Of a stretch of DNA of 64,000 bases, positions 11,131 to 23,400 are shown one piece after another. Location of the stretch: the NCBI GenBank assembly GCA_903851135.1, contig CAINNK010000037.1:1320-65319 (forward strand), read 5' to 3'. Position numbers and translations under genes: made by a program. The first letter of the stretch is position 1; each line of letters starts with the position of its first letter. This stretch comes from an uncultured bacterium. GTDB taxonomy: Bacteria > Patescibacteriota > Minisyncoccia > Moranbacterales > GWC2-37-73. The notes under the pieces are model-generated. The model ran no database searches and was not told where the DNA came from. It saw nothing but the letters and a program-made list of their open reading frames with translations.

Positions 11131-14100
11131 TTAACGCAATTTAAAGCTTCCGCGAACTTTGAATTGACCGCGCGAACGAACCAGCGGAAGCAATTCACTT
11201 GTTTTGGCTTCGGTGATGATGATTGAGACTCGACCAGTATTAGTGAGGTAGCCCGAAGCCCCAATAGCAAGATCAATATCGCCGTCCTGATTAAAATCAC
11301 CCACCGCCAAAGACCCGCCAAAACTATTGTTATCGCCAGTTATTCCAGTAATTATTTCATCTGCCGAAGCTGCTAAAGCAGGATAAGGAGTGTAGACATT
11401 ATCAAAAAAAATGTAAACCCGACCAACCCCAGAATAACCTGAAGCGCCAATCACCAAATCTGTTTTACCGTCAGCGTTGAAGTCGCCAACGGCCAAATCA
11501 GTTCCGAAACCACTTGAAGATTCACCGTTGATGATGACATCAGCCATGGCAGCGGTCGTTGGGATAGAGCCATCGTTATAGAAAATATAGACACGCCCAC
11601 CGGAACCCGCACCCGTTGCGCTAACCGCCAAATCTGTCTTACCATCAGCATTCAGGTCACCAGCAACAATAAAATATCCAAATTGACCCGTCTCACCATC
11701 GATGATAACATCGGCCGTGGCAGCGGTCGTCGGAATGGAGCCATCGTTATAGAAAATATAGACACGACCAGTACTAGAGGAGTAAAGAGGTGCCCCGACC
11801 GCCAAGTCAGTCTTACCATCGGCGTTGAAATCACCAGCAACAAGAGAGCTACCAAAGCCACTTGATGCTTCCCCATTAATGATCACATCAGCCGTGGCAG
11901 CGGTCGTCGGAATGGAGCCATCGTTATAGAAAATATAGACTCGCCCAGCTTGAGAGGAATAGTTATTAGCTGAAACCGCCAAATCGGTTTTACCATCAGC
12001 ATTAAAGTCACCAGTGGTAAGAATTTCACCAAACAAATTAGTCGTTGCTTCGCCAGAAATTATAACATCAGCCGTAGCAGCGGTTGTTGGATACGAGCCG
12101 TCGTTATAGAAAATATAAGCACGACCAGTGCTGCTTGACCACATTAAACCGCCAACAATTAGATCAGTTTTGCCGTCGCCATTCAAGTCACCCGCAGCCA
12201 GGTTAGCTCCAAATTGAGTTGCAGCTTCACCATCAATAATGACATCAGCTGCAGAAATATTAGGAGAGACTTTTCCATTAGCCGCATAAAAAATGTAAAC
12301 TCGACCAACACTAGAAGAATAGCTGAAAGCTCCGACAACTAGGTCTGTTTTGCCATCAGCATTGAAATCGCCAGCCGCCATATATGCTCCAAAATAAGTC
12401 CCAGTCCCCGGGCCTGAACCGGTACTGTCATTGAAAGTATAAAGGTAAGTCCGTCCGGCATTGGAAGAATAACCATAAGCCCCAACCACTAAATCAGTTT
12501 TGCCGTCGGCGTTAAAATCTCCAGCCATTAAAGTATAGCCAAAATAATTAGTTGTTGCTTCACCAGTGATAATCGTGTTGGCAGCCGTTGCGGCAATGGT
12601 TGCACTAAAACCACCAGCCGAATTTTGATTGAAAATATAGGCGCGGCCAGTGTAAGAAGAATAATAATAAGCCCCAACCGCCAGGTCGGTTTTGCCATCA
12701 GTATTAAAATCGCCAGCCGCAAGAGCATAGCCAAAATAATTATTTGTTGTTTCACCGGTGATGATTGTATTAGCGGCTGTCGCAGCAATGATCGCGTTGA
12801 AACCGCCCCCAGAGTTTTGATTAAAAATATAGGCGCGACCGGCATTAGATGAGTATTGATAAGCGCCAACTGCCAAATCAGTTTTGCCATCAGCGTTGAA
12901 GTCGCCGGCTGCCAAAGAAGATCCTAGAGAGCCGTACATTGCTTGAGCATCTATGATAGTATTAGCAGACGTAGCCGCAAGTGGTGTAGTGAAACCGCCC
13001 CCGGAATTTTGATTAAAGATATAAACACGGCCACCCCCAAGATAAAGCCCGCTGTAAGTACTACATCCAACCACTAAATCAGTTTTGCCATCAGTATTAA
13101 AGTCGCCGACTGTCAGAGAAGCACCAAAAGTAGTAGTCTGACCAGTAATAATGACATTGGCTGAGGCTGCAGCGATAGTTGCACCAAAACTTTGATTAAA
13201 AACGTAAACCCTTCCACCACTAGTATACATATAAGCGCTTACAACCAGATCAGTTTTACCATCAGCGTTAAGATCGCCAGCAATCATTCCATTGCCAAAT
13301 TTATCACCAGATGTTTCCCCGGTAATGATAGTATTAGCAGTGCTTGCAGCGATGGTTGGGCTGAAACCACCGCCAGAATTTTGATAAAAGATATAGGCGC
13401 GACCAGTATTGGTTGAATATCCATAAGCCCCAACCGCCAAATCAGTTTTTCCATCAGCGTTGAAATCGCCAACTGTCAGAGAATAGCCAAAATAACTCGA
13501 CGTTTCACCATCAATAATAACATCGGCTGAAATAGCAGTAAGTGGCGTAGAACCTTTGTTATAAAAAATATAAACGCGACCAGCATTACTAGCATAAGCA
13601 TAAGCCCCAACCGCCAAATCAGTTTTTCCATCAGCGTTAAAATCGCCAGCCGTCATTGCATACCCAAACTGACTTGAAGCTTGGCCGGTTGTTTTCATTT
13701 CCTGCCCAGCTCCCGCCGGACTAATGCGAAGCGACCCAGGCAGACCGACATTTTGCAATTGCCAGATGAAGTTGTCACGAGCTTCATAGAAATAGGATCT
13801 TCCTGCAGAAGAAGAATACCCATAAGCACCAACTACTAAATCAGCTTTACCATCACTATTGAAATCGCCAGCAATTAAAGCACTGCCGAAATAGTTGCCT
13901 GTTGTTTCGCCGCCGATAATCACATCAGCCGTGGCGGCAGTGGTTGGAATTGTGCCGTCGTTATAGAAAATATAGGCGCGACCGGTATTAGTCGAATATT
14001 GAGTTGCGCCAACTGCCAAATCAGTTTTACCATCAGCGTTAAAATCGCCAGCAACAAGGGAAGTGCCAAAATTATTAGTCGTCGTTTCACCAGAGATGAT

Positions 14101-17100
14101 TACATCAGCCGTGGCCGCGGTGGTAGGAATAGAACCATCGTTATAGAAAATATAGGTGCGACCTGTATTAGTAGAATAACCATAAGCACCAACCGCTAAA
14201 TCTATCTTACTATCGGCGTTAAAATCACCGGCTGCGAGAGAAAAACCAAAATAATTATTCATTGTTTCGCCAGTAATGGTGACGTCAGCAGTAAAAGCGT
14301 TAGTTGGAATGGAGCCATCATTATAGAAGATATAGGCGCGACCAGCATTAGCGTTAATACCATCCATATAGCCATAAGCACCAACCGCTAAATCTATCTT
14401 ACCATCCGCATTAAAATCACCAGCTGCGAGGGAAGAACCAAAATTACCCCCCACTATTTCACCATCAATTTTAATATCAGCTGTTGCGGCAGTGGTAGGT
14501 ATTGAACCATCGTTATAGAAAATATAAGCTCGGCCGGTATTACTTGTCCATAATAAAGCTCCGACGGCCAGATCAATCTTACCATCAGCATTGAAATCAC
14601 CGGCCGCAAGTGAAGTGCCGAATTGACTTGAGGCTTCACCAGTAATTTTCACATCAGCCGTCGCAGCAGTGGTTGGAATTGTGCCGTCGTTATAGAAAAT
14701 ATAGGCGCGACCGGTATTGGTAAAATAACCATAAGCACTAACGGCCAAATCAGTTTTCCCGTCGCCATTAAAATCGCCAGCTGCCAAAGCAGATCCGAAA
14801 TAACTTGACGCCTCTCCAGTGATGATGACATCAGCCGTGACAGCAGTCGTCGGAATAGAACCGTCATTGTAAAAGATATAAGCTCGACCGGTATTAGTCG
14901 AATAAGCATTTGCGCCAACTGCCAGATCAATTTTGCCATCAGCATTAAAATCACCCACCGCAAGTGAAGTGCCAAATTGGCTTGAGGCTTCTCCGGTCAT
15001 CATTCGATCCGTGTTTATGACTCCGTTTTGGGAATAAAAGATGTAGGCACGGCCATTGTTGGTTGAATATCTCTGAGCTCCAACCACTAAGTCAATTTTT
15101 CCATCAGCATTGAAATCACCAACAGCAAGGGAGCTACCGAAATAACTTGAGGCTTCACCGGTGATAATGACATCAGCCATAATGGAGGTGGCCGAATATG
15201 CACCATCGTTGTAAAAAATATAAGCCCGACCAGGAGAAACATATGTCCCTACCGTCAAATCAGTTTTGCCGTCGGCATTGAAATCACCGGCCGCAAGTGA
15301 AGTGCCGAATTGGCTTGAAGCTTCTCCATCAATGATGGTGCTTGCCGCGCTTGCAGCAATAGTCGCATTAAAACCGCCGCCGGAATTTTGGTTGAAGATA
15401 TAAGCACGACCAGCCTGAGTAGAATAACCAGAAGCTCCAACCGCCAAATCAGTTTTGCCATCGGCGTTGAAATCACCAGTCGCCAGAGAGCGGCCAAAAA
15501 TATTGCTTGACGCCTCTCCACTGATAATGACGTTGGCGGCCGTAGCAGCAATAGTTGCATTGAAACCGCCGCCGGAATTTTGATAGAAAATATAAACCCT
15601 ACCAGTAGAAGTCCCCAACCCAACCGCCAAGTCAGTCTTACCGTCAGTGTTAAAATCACCAACAGCCAAAGAAGAGCCGAAACTGCTAAACCCAATAGTG
15701 CCTGATATTTTTACATTGGCACCGGTCGAGGTAGCTGGATATGAACCACTGTTATAAAAAATATAAACATTACCATAGGCTACATCATTAGAATCTCCGA
15801 CGGCCAAATCTGTTTTACCGTCGGCGTTAAAGTCTCCAGCCGCCAAAGTATTGCCAAATTGAACTGTCGGGCTATTCCCATCAATGATTGCATTAGCAGT
15901 TGTAACAGCCACAATTGCATTAAAACCGCCAGCAGCATTTTGATTGAAAATATAAACCCGACCCTTTTGGCTAGTTGTAGCAGAATACCAATTTGCACCA
16001 ACTGCCAAATCAATTTTGCCATCAGCATTGAAATCACCAGCTGCCAATGCATAACCAAATTGACTTGCTGCTGAAGTTTCACTATTAATAATGACGTCAG
16101 CATTGGCAGCAGCTGCTGAATAAGAACCTTTGTTGTAGAAAATATAGACGCGACCATCGCCAGAATTCCAGTCATAAGCTCCAACCGCCAAATCAGTCTT
16201 ACCATCAAAATTAAAATCCCCAGCCACCAATGAATTAGCAAAATAGTCACCCGTATTCTCTCCTGTTATCACACTTCCCCCACTGCTAATCCCCGGCGCA
16301 GTGAAAGCCAGAGTCGGATCCAAAGTCAGCGGATATTTATCCGGCGTAGTTTTGATTTCCAAGGTTAAAGTTTTATCACTGATTTTCCAATCAAGGTCAA
16401 CTCTTTTGCCGTCTTTGTCTAGGTAGTAAGGTTTGGGGATGATGAAGTCCGGAGTCTTGTTGGGATTTAAAATATCCTTGCCTGCATCAGCTTGAATAGC
16501 TTTTTGCGCCCTTTCGATTAAGCTTTGGTCAACATTAGCCAGAGCTTGTTGGTTTTTCGCCTCGCTGCCATCGTCAAAAAAAACTTGGACGTCACCATCA
16601 CTGTTGAAACTGAGTTTAGCGTTGCTAAAATCATAGCTTTCGCTTTCGCTTCCATTGCCAAGAGCATAGACAACCCAGTTTTTAAGTTTTTTTTCACCAC
16701 TAGCTTGGTCTTTTTGATAACCATAATAAATGGTTTTGCGAGTGTCTGGAGTTTGATATTTAATAACATCGGCAGCGAATTTAAGTTGCGGTTGTTTTTC
16801 ATTGTTAGCTTGCTTGGCTTGAACTGGATTTTGATTAACAATCAATTCTCCCTTAGTATTGGAGGCATTTTTTTCAGTAATAGTGATGACTTTGTTATTA
16901 GGAAGATTGACTGAAATTGGTTGGTCAATAGTCTTGGGAAAATTTATTTTAGTTTGGGTTTTAGGGTTTGGAATTTGGGATTGTTGATTGGCAAATTGGA
17001 TTTTGATTCCATCTTGATTGTCATCGGTTATTTCAAACCCGTCATTAGTTTTGGCGGGGTTAAGTAATGAGATAGAGTTGAAACTTTTGACGATTTCATT

Positions 17101-17286
17101 TTTGGCGGCGGGATATTGATTCAATTCTCTTTCAATGGAATTAGTAGGAAGATTTTTAATTATGAATATGACAAGTAAGACTAAAAAGGCCAATGCTAAA
17201 AGTGAGGCTAAAAGGGTTAGCAAAAACTTTTTTGAAAAGTTCGGCCAAGAAATTTTTGAGAGAAGTTTTTGAATTTTTGCTTTCAT
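11131..17286 (-). CDS. FG-GAP / integrin-alpha beta-propeller repeat surface protein (28 repeats)
   Basis: N-terminal TM, then 28 copies of FG-x-x-L-x-x-GDFNADGKTDLxVGA...GRxYIF with DxDxDG-like Ca-binding loops. Confidence 0.9.
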   Translation of the reverse strand: MKAKIQKLLSKISWPNFSKKFLLTLLASLLALAFLVLLVIFIIKNLPTNSIERELNQYPAAKNEIVKSFNSISLLNPAKTNDGFEITDDNQDGIKIQFANQQSQIPNPKTQTKINFPKTIDQPISVNLPNNKVITITEKNASNTKGELIVNQNPVQAKQANNEKQPQLKFAADVIKYQTPDTRKTIYYGYQKDQASGEKKLKNWVVYALGNGSESESYDFSNAKLSFNSDGDVQVFFDDGSEAKNQQALANVDQSLIERAQKAIQADAGKDILNPNKTPDFIIPKPYYLDKDGKRVDLDWKISDKTLTLEIKTTPDKYPLTLDPTLAFTAPGISSGGSVITGENTGDYFANSLVAGDFNFDGKTDLAVGAYDWNSGDGRVYIFYNKGSYSAAAANADVIINSETSAASQFGYALAAGDFNADGKIDLAVGANWYSATTSQKGRVYIFNQNAAGGFNAIVAVTTANAIIDGNSPTVQFGNTLAAGDFNADGKTDLAVGDSNDVAYGNVYIFYNSGSYPATSTGANVKISGTIGFSSFGSSLAVGDFNTDGKTDLAVGLGTSTGRVYIFYQNSGGGFNATIAATAANVIISGEASSNIFGRSLATGDFNADGKTDLAVGASGYSTQAGRAYIFNQNSGGGFNATIAASAASTIIDGEASSQFGTSLAAGDFNADGKTDLTVGTYVSPGRAYIFYNDGAYSATSIMADVIITGEASSYFGSSLAVGDFNADGKIDLVVGAQRYSTNNGRAYIFYSQNGVINTDRMMTGEASSQFGTSLAVGDFNADGKIDLAVGANAYSTNTGRAYIFYNDGSIPTTAVTADVIITGEASSYFGSALAAGDFNGDGKTDLAVSAYGYFTNTGRAYIFYNDGTIPTTAATADVKITGEASSQFGTSLAAGDFNADGKIDLAVGALLWTSNTGRAYIFYNDGSIPTTAATADIKIDGEIVGGNFGSSLAAGDFNADGKIDLAVGAYGYMDGINANAGRAYIFYNDGSIPTNAFTADVTITGETMNNYFGFSLAAGDFNADSKIDLAVGAYGYSTNTGRTYIFYNDGSIPTTAATADVIISGETTTNNFGTSLVAGDFNADGKTDLAVGATQYSTNTGRAYIFYNDGTIPTTAATADVIIGGETTGNYFGSALIAGDFNSDGKADLVVGAYGYSSSAGRSYFYEARDNFIWQLQNVGLPGSLRISPAGAGQEMKTTGQASSQFGYAMTAGDFNADGKTDLAVGAYAYASNAGRVYIFYNKGSTPLTAISADVIIDGETSSYFGYSLTVGDFNADGKTDLAVGAYGYSTNTGRAYIFYQNSGGGFSPTIAASTANTIITGETSGDKFGNGMIAGDLNADGKTDLVVSAYMYTSGGRVYVFNQSFGATIAAASANVIITGQTTTFGASLTVGDFNTDGKTDLVVGCSTYSGLYLGGGRVYIFNQNSGGGFTTPLAATSANTIIDAQAMYGSLGSSLAAGDFNADGKTDLAVGAYQYSSNAGRAYIFNQNSGGGFNAIIAATAANTIITGETTNNYFGYALAAGDFNTDGKTDLAVGAYYYSSYTGRAYIFNQNSAGGFSATIAATAANTIITGEATTNYFGYTLMAGDFNADGKTDLVVGAYGYSSNAGRTYLYTFNDSTGSGPGTGTYFGAYMAAGDFNADGKTDLVVGAFSYSSSVGRVYIFYAANGKVSPNISAADVIIDGEAATQFGANLAAGDLNGDGKTDLIVGGLMWSSSTGRAYIFYNDGSYPTTAATADVIISGEATTNLFGEILTTGDFNADGKTDLAVSANNYSSQAGRVYIFYNDGSIPTTAATADVIINGEASSGFGSSLVAGDFNADGKTDLAVGAPLYSSSTGRVYIFYNDGSIPTTAATADVIIDGETGQFGYFIVAGDLNADGKTDLAVSATGAGSGGRVYIFYNDGSIPTTAAMADVIINGESSSGFGTDLAVGDFNADGKTDLVIGASGYSGVGRVYIFFDNVYTPYPALAASADEIITGITGDNNSFGGSLAVGDFNQDGDIDLAIGASGYLTNTGRVSIIITEAKTSELLPLVRSRGQFKVRGSFKLR

Positions 17287-17404
17287 TTACTTTTGCGTTT
17301 TTCTAAAAACTTTAAAATTGATTAACACTCTATTTTTAAGCTATTTTTGCTAAACGTATTGGATTTGGATGACGGACTGTTTTGATTTTTTCTTTCATGC
17401 AAGC

Positions 17405-20400
17405 TTACGGACTCGGAACAGTTGTAACAACTGGGAAAGTCAATGATGCCGAGGTGGTAGCTTGCACAATCCACCAATCCACATTGACACCTTCATTTAC
17501 TGATTGATCCACTATAATTTTAAACCCGGTGTAATCGTCTAGGCCACTTTCCATTGTCTTTTCGACCCAACTTGAAGATCCTGGATTTTTCACGAAACTG
17601 GTGAAAATTTTCGAATCCCCACTAACTGCCCTGGTCTTAATTTCCACGCTCTTGCCATCACTGATTGGATTTTTCGTGTTGTCATCAAAACCATCATTGT
17701 TCTCATCAGTTTGAGCTACTGTACATTTATTATTTTTATCAACTTCCAGCAACTTCGGACAAATAATCGCCTGTCCAATCGAAGGCTTGTTAACATCTAC
17801 AATTTTGATAGTCAAGATTCCAGTTTCAACTTCAGCAGCTTCTAATTTTCCGTCAAGCAAATCAAGATTGCCAAGTGAATCTTTGTAAATTATTTTTGTC
17901 GGATCAAGAATTGCAATAAAATCACCAATGGTCTTGTTTTGTTCTTTGATTAAATTGATTTGCGTTTGCAATTGATCAGTAATATTTTTTTCATCAGCAA
18001 TTTGAGCTTGCATGCCAAACATAGTAGTTGCTTGCGCAGTAATTTGGGCATCAAGCGTTGTAAATTTGCCATTAATAATCAACAGATTTGAATCAACTGA
18101 AGTTTGAAGTCCGGAAAGACTTGAAATATCGGTATCAGTTTTAAGGTTAAGTGCCGAAATTTGATTTGAAATAGTATTAATTTGCTGGATATTCTTTTGG
18201 ATTCCAGCTGTAAGCAGCGGTGTAATTGCACCATAGTTGACTACGAAGCGAGCACCAGCTGGACTAATGAAGCCGTCAGCACTTATCTGTTCAGGCATGT
18301 TCGAATCAGGAGCAACAGAAACGAGATAACCGAATCCCTCCTTGATGAGGTCCTGGGCAATAAAACCGGTGTCTAAATTTTGATCAGCAATCCAACGGAA
18401 ATCAACTGGATTAACAGTGTTGAAAAAACTGTCAACTTTGTTGGCATCAATCGGAGTAACATTTTCCTTAAGTCGCTGATCAGAAGTTGCAAGAATGGTA
18501 CTTCCAACAACGGCACCATTCGGAGCATAAACACTGACTGCACGACTAGCTGAAGTAATTATTCCCCAAGTTGTTCCAGTCGAACCATAACCACCGATTG
18601 TAAGGTTGGCACTTGAGGTCACATGTACAGGGACTGTTGGAGCTGTTGTTCCAACGCCAACAAATCCGGAATTAATAATCAAGCCATAATTATTTGTCGC
18701 GCCAGATGCGTTCAAATAAAGACCGACATTGGTCGAAGTGCCCCCGGAATGAGTATTGGAAATTTGAGATCCATATGTGGTAACAGTTCCAGTAATAGTT
18801 CCAGTAGTGAGAATATTTAAAGCGGTTTGTGTCGTTGATGAAGCGACATTTCCCGATACTTGCAAATCAACGAGTTTTCCGGAAGTGAGCGTTGAAGATG
18901 CCGCATAAAGACCTGTTCCTGTGGTAAGTGAATTTGCTGAAAGATTGAGTGCACTCGAAGTGGTCAAACCAGTAGTGTTGCCAGAAACAACCGATAATGT
19001 TCCGCCCGGAGTCACTGTGCCAATACCAATGTTACCTGTGGAATTTATTGAAAGATATGGAGTTGTGCCAACAGTCAAACCAAGACCGATTTTGAAAACT
19101 GAGTCACTTTGGTCAATCCCAGTATAATAATCCTGACTATTGCCATCAAATTGAACAGAAACACTTTGACCAGCTGTTCCACTGCCAACAACAAGGGCCG
19201 ACTCAGCAGTGTTTGAACTCGAAAAAGCAAGATCGCCATTGCTCGCAGAAGCAAGATTGGCATAATGAGAAGCATCATATGACAAACGCAGCGCGTTGCT
19301 TGTGCCAAAAAGAGAAAGCATGGCTGCTGGCGCGGTGGTGCCAAGACCAAGCCGATGATTGGTCGCGTCATAGAAAAAGCCGGAATTGTCTTGAGCCAGT
19401 GCCCCAGCAGTGCCACCAAAATAAACTGAGCCGAGCGTGCCAGAAGTCACCGCGCCGCCAATCGCCATGCCACCGCTGCCACCAAGATTGGCCCATGAGC
19501 CGCCACTGTTTTTATATTGCAGCGTGCCAGCATTGTCATAAATTCCATAACCGCTTGCTCCATTAGTAGAACCAAAATTCAAATAGGAAGAACCAGCCAA
19601 ACTGGCATTTCCCGCATTTATAACTAATCCATAATTCGCAGTAGTTGCACCGGAAGCATTCAAATAAAGTGCCACATTAGTGCCGGAAGTCGCATTGGTG
19701 TGCGTGTTAGAAATCTTAGCGCCATAAGTCGTGATAGCATTGGTTGCATTAGCACCGGTTGTCAAAATGTTAAGAGCAGTCTGGGATGCTGCCGCTGCTG
19801 TGCCAGAAACTTCCAAGTCAGCCAGATAACCACTAGTTAGTGAGGATGAGGCGGCATATAAAGCAGTTCCCGTAGTCAAAGCATTTGCAGTTATATTGGC
19901 CGAAGTCGTTGAAATTTGTTGCGAACCAATGTTATTTGCAAACAAATTACTAAAAGCCAACATACTTGAACCGATTGAACCCCCTGGTGTAAATGAAGGA
20001 CTGATTGTTTTCAGATCTCCATTTGTAACGTCATAATAACTAATTTTGGAATTTCCACTCGAATCAACAGCAATGGACGTGTACTGTCCGGTGTCTCCCG
20101 TTGAATCAATGGTGGCAGTCGAGCTGGAAGAGCAAGCTACGTCACTACACTGAGCAAATTTCAAATCGCCATTAGTAACGTCATAATAACTCATGCGGGC
20201 AATTCCGTCGCTGCCCAAAGCGGCAGCTTGATATTGACCAACATTGCCTGCGGAATCAATCACGTTACCAGTACCAGCACTGGTTGTGTTGCCATGGCTA
20301 TAATTCAAAGTGCCATCAGTAGAATTATAATAAGCAACGTTAAAATTATTACTTGAATCCAAATCAAGAGAAAGATTTTGAAAAATCTCAGCACCGCTAG

Positions 20401-23400
20401 TGTTAATACTACCAGCACTTGATAGCGAAGAACAACTAGCGTTACTGCAAACAAGATACGACATACCGGAATCAGAATAGCTAGCATAAGCAATACGAGC
20501 AAAACCATCAGTGCCTATAGCAACAGCTGTATATTTTCCAGTACCAGCATTTGAATCAACAACAGTGGTGTTCTTGGTTGAACAAGCGGAATTGGTACAT
20601 TGAATGAATTTAGCATTCGTATTAGTCAAATCATAATAGGCAATCCGAGCAAAAGTGTCCGCGGAACTGATAGCAATGGAACTATACTGACCAACATCTC
20701 CAGTTGAATCAAGGGTGGCGATATTCTTGGTTGAACAAGCTGCATTGGTACACTGAACAAATTTGAGATCATGATTAGTAACATCATAATAACTGATGCG
20801 AGCAAAACCATCAGCGCCCATTGCCATGGCCGTGTATTGACCAACATCTCCAGTTGAATCAAGGGTGGCGATATTCTTGGTTGAACAAGCTGCATTGGTA
20901 CACTGAACAAATTTGAGATCATGATTAGTAACATCATAATAACTGATGCGCGAAAAGCCATCACTGCCAATAGCAGTTGAAGTATATTGTCCCACATTGC
21001 CACCAGAATCAACAACAGTACTACTAATAGTGGGAACTGTTGGCATAATGTCTCCACTTACTGAAACCGAACCGGCAACTTGCAATGCTGTCATTGGACT
21101 TGTTGTCCCGATGCCAACATGACCATCATTGCGTACAAACAGACCTGAAGTTCCGGAAGCATTTTTAACATTCAAAGCTGACGCAGAACTGTCTGACGTA
21201 GCGCCCATAATTTCAAGATTTGATCCGGGTGAAGCAGTGCCAATACCAACATTGCCAGCGCTAGTAATGCGTAACCTTTCAGTAAGGGTGTCTGCGGTCG
21301 TATTAGGTGGAATTGCTGAATGATTAATTGAAACCGCCACCGCAGATGCACCTATCGATGCACCGGAATTCCACAAAGTCCAAGATATCGTAGTTGAAGC
21401 TGCGCCATCCTTAACACTACCCGCTCCGCCAAATGTGGAAGTGGGATTCTGAAACCATAAAGCTGTTTGACCAAGACCCCCGGTAAGCGACATGGAAGCT
21501 GAAGACGTCGCTTGGATTACACCAAAAACTTTATTACCTACAGCACTTGAAAGCGTGACAGCATCAATTGAGCCATTGCCACTACCGCTAGCGCTTCCAG
21601 ATGTAGATACCGGGGTTGATTGATCAACATTGTACCAAGATGCCGCCCCACCAACCTTCGCACATGAACTTGCCATCGTAATCGTAATTGTGTCTGTTCC
21701 TGAAGTTGGATTTACCAAATACCAAATTTCAACAACCCCGTTATATCCTCCAGAAGTTCCAAGCTTTGTCAGACTTGCCGCTCCATACGTAACCGACGAA
21801 GCTCCAACCCCACTAGTGCCACCCATAACACCAACAAGCAAAAACCGATTACTATTCGAACCGACGGTATGTGACCATGCTAAAGTTGTGCCAGTGGTGT
21901 TTGAATTGTGACTACTTGCATCAAGAGTAACGACTGGAGTTGTCAAGGGACCAGCCGTTCGAAAAATGAAATCACCGGAACCTGAACTGCCGGTTCCATT
22001 TGAAGCATCAAAAATAAAGTTGCCACCAATAATGTTGCTGCCAGTTGCAGCCGCTCCTCGCAAAGTGAAAGCAGAGGGTGTGGCTCCTTCACCTGTTCCA
22101 AAAATCGTAGAAGTTCCCGCCACATGCAGCGCCGCGGCCGGCGTTGCCGTACCGATTCCAAGACGATTGGTTGAATTATCCCAAAAGAAATTTGCGTTGT
22201 TTTGAGCAAGAACGCCAGAAGTGCCGGCAAAAAGAATGGAACCTTGCGTTGCCGAAGTGATTGCGCCGCCAATTGCCATAGCCCCACCCCCGCCAAGATT
22301 AGCCCAACTGCCACCACTGTTTTTGTATTGCAGCGTGCCGGCATTATCATAGAGTCCATAACCGCCAGTTCCATCAGTGGCTCCGAAATTGATATACGAG
22401 GAAGCTGAAAGGCCGATGTTTCCTGCTACGTCTAATTTATGATTTGGACCAGTAGTCCCGATGCCGACGTAACCATCACGCTCGACCGCCATCGCATAAT
22501 AAGTCGTGTCGGTCAAGCCAACGGGTAAACTTCCAATGCCGACATTCCCAGCATCCGCACCAATATTTGTCACGGTCAATACTCCACCAGACGTGGTTCT
22601 ATTTGCTATATCAACCGCTAAATATATTGTCGAACCATCAGAGGAAATGAACGTTCGAATATTATCCATCGAAGCGTTACTGCTGTAGTGATTTTCATTC
22701 AGGATATTCAGCGACATATTTTCGTCAAATTGAGATCCGTTCACAGCCACTGTGTAGCGGTCGACTCTATTGGAGTCATCAAACGTGATAGTATAAATTC
22801 CACCCAGTCGCGATCCGACGGCAACATAGTATGTACCATCTGCCGAAATAGTGGACTGAACGGAATTTGCCGTCCCAACTCCAGAACTCGAGATAAGCCC
22901 GGCGACGTCCAATAACGATTGTGGGGAACTTGTCCCGATGCCGACATACCCGGTATCCCTGGCGAACGCGAGCATATTCGAGACGGACAAGGAAGAAAAT
23001 CCCAGTGTATTCGCGTTCTCGTCAAATGTAAGGTTGAAATTCTCAACTCCGGAACTATCGGCAAATGAGATAACGTCGGCCGTGCTCCCGTAACCAGCCA
23101 TCACCAAGGATACTGGGGCCGCGCCAGAACCGAGCTGGAGCGTCCCAGTCGGGCTCGTCGTCCCGATGCCGACGCTGCCACCGGCAGCATTAAGCACGAT
23201 ATCTCCATAGGAAGTTCCCTCCGCTTTAATGGATTGAATACCGAGATACCCATTCGTATCAGCACTCGTATAAAAATATCCAGAGGTATGCCCGGTAGCG
23301 TCACTCCCAATTGTAAAATCCGTTGTGCTCCCAGAACTATAAATGCTCAAAGTGCTGCTAGGGCTCGTCGTGCCGATGCCGACATTGCCATTATTCAAAA

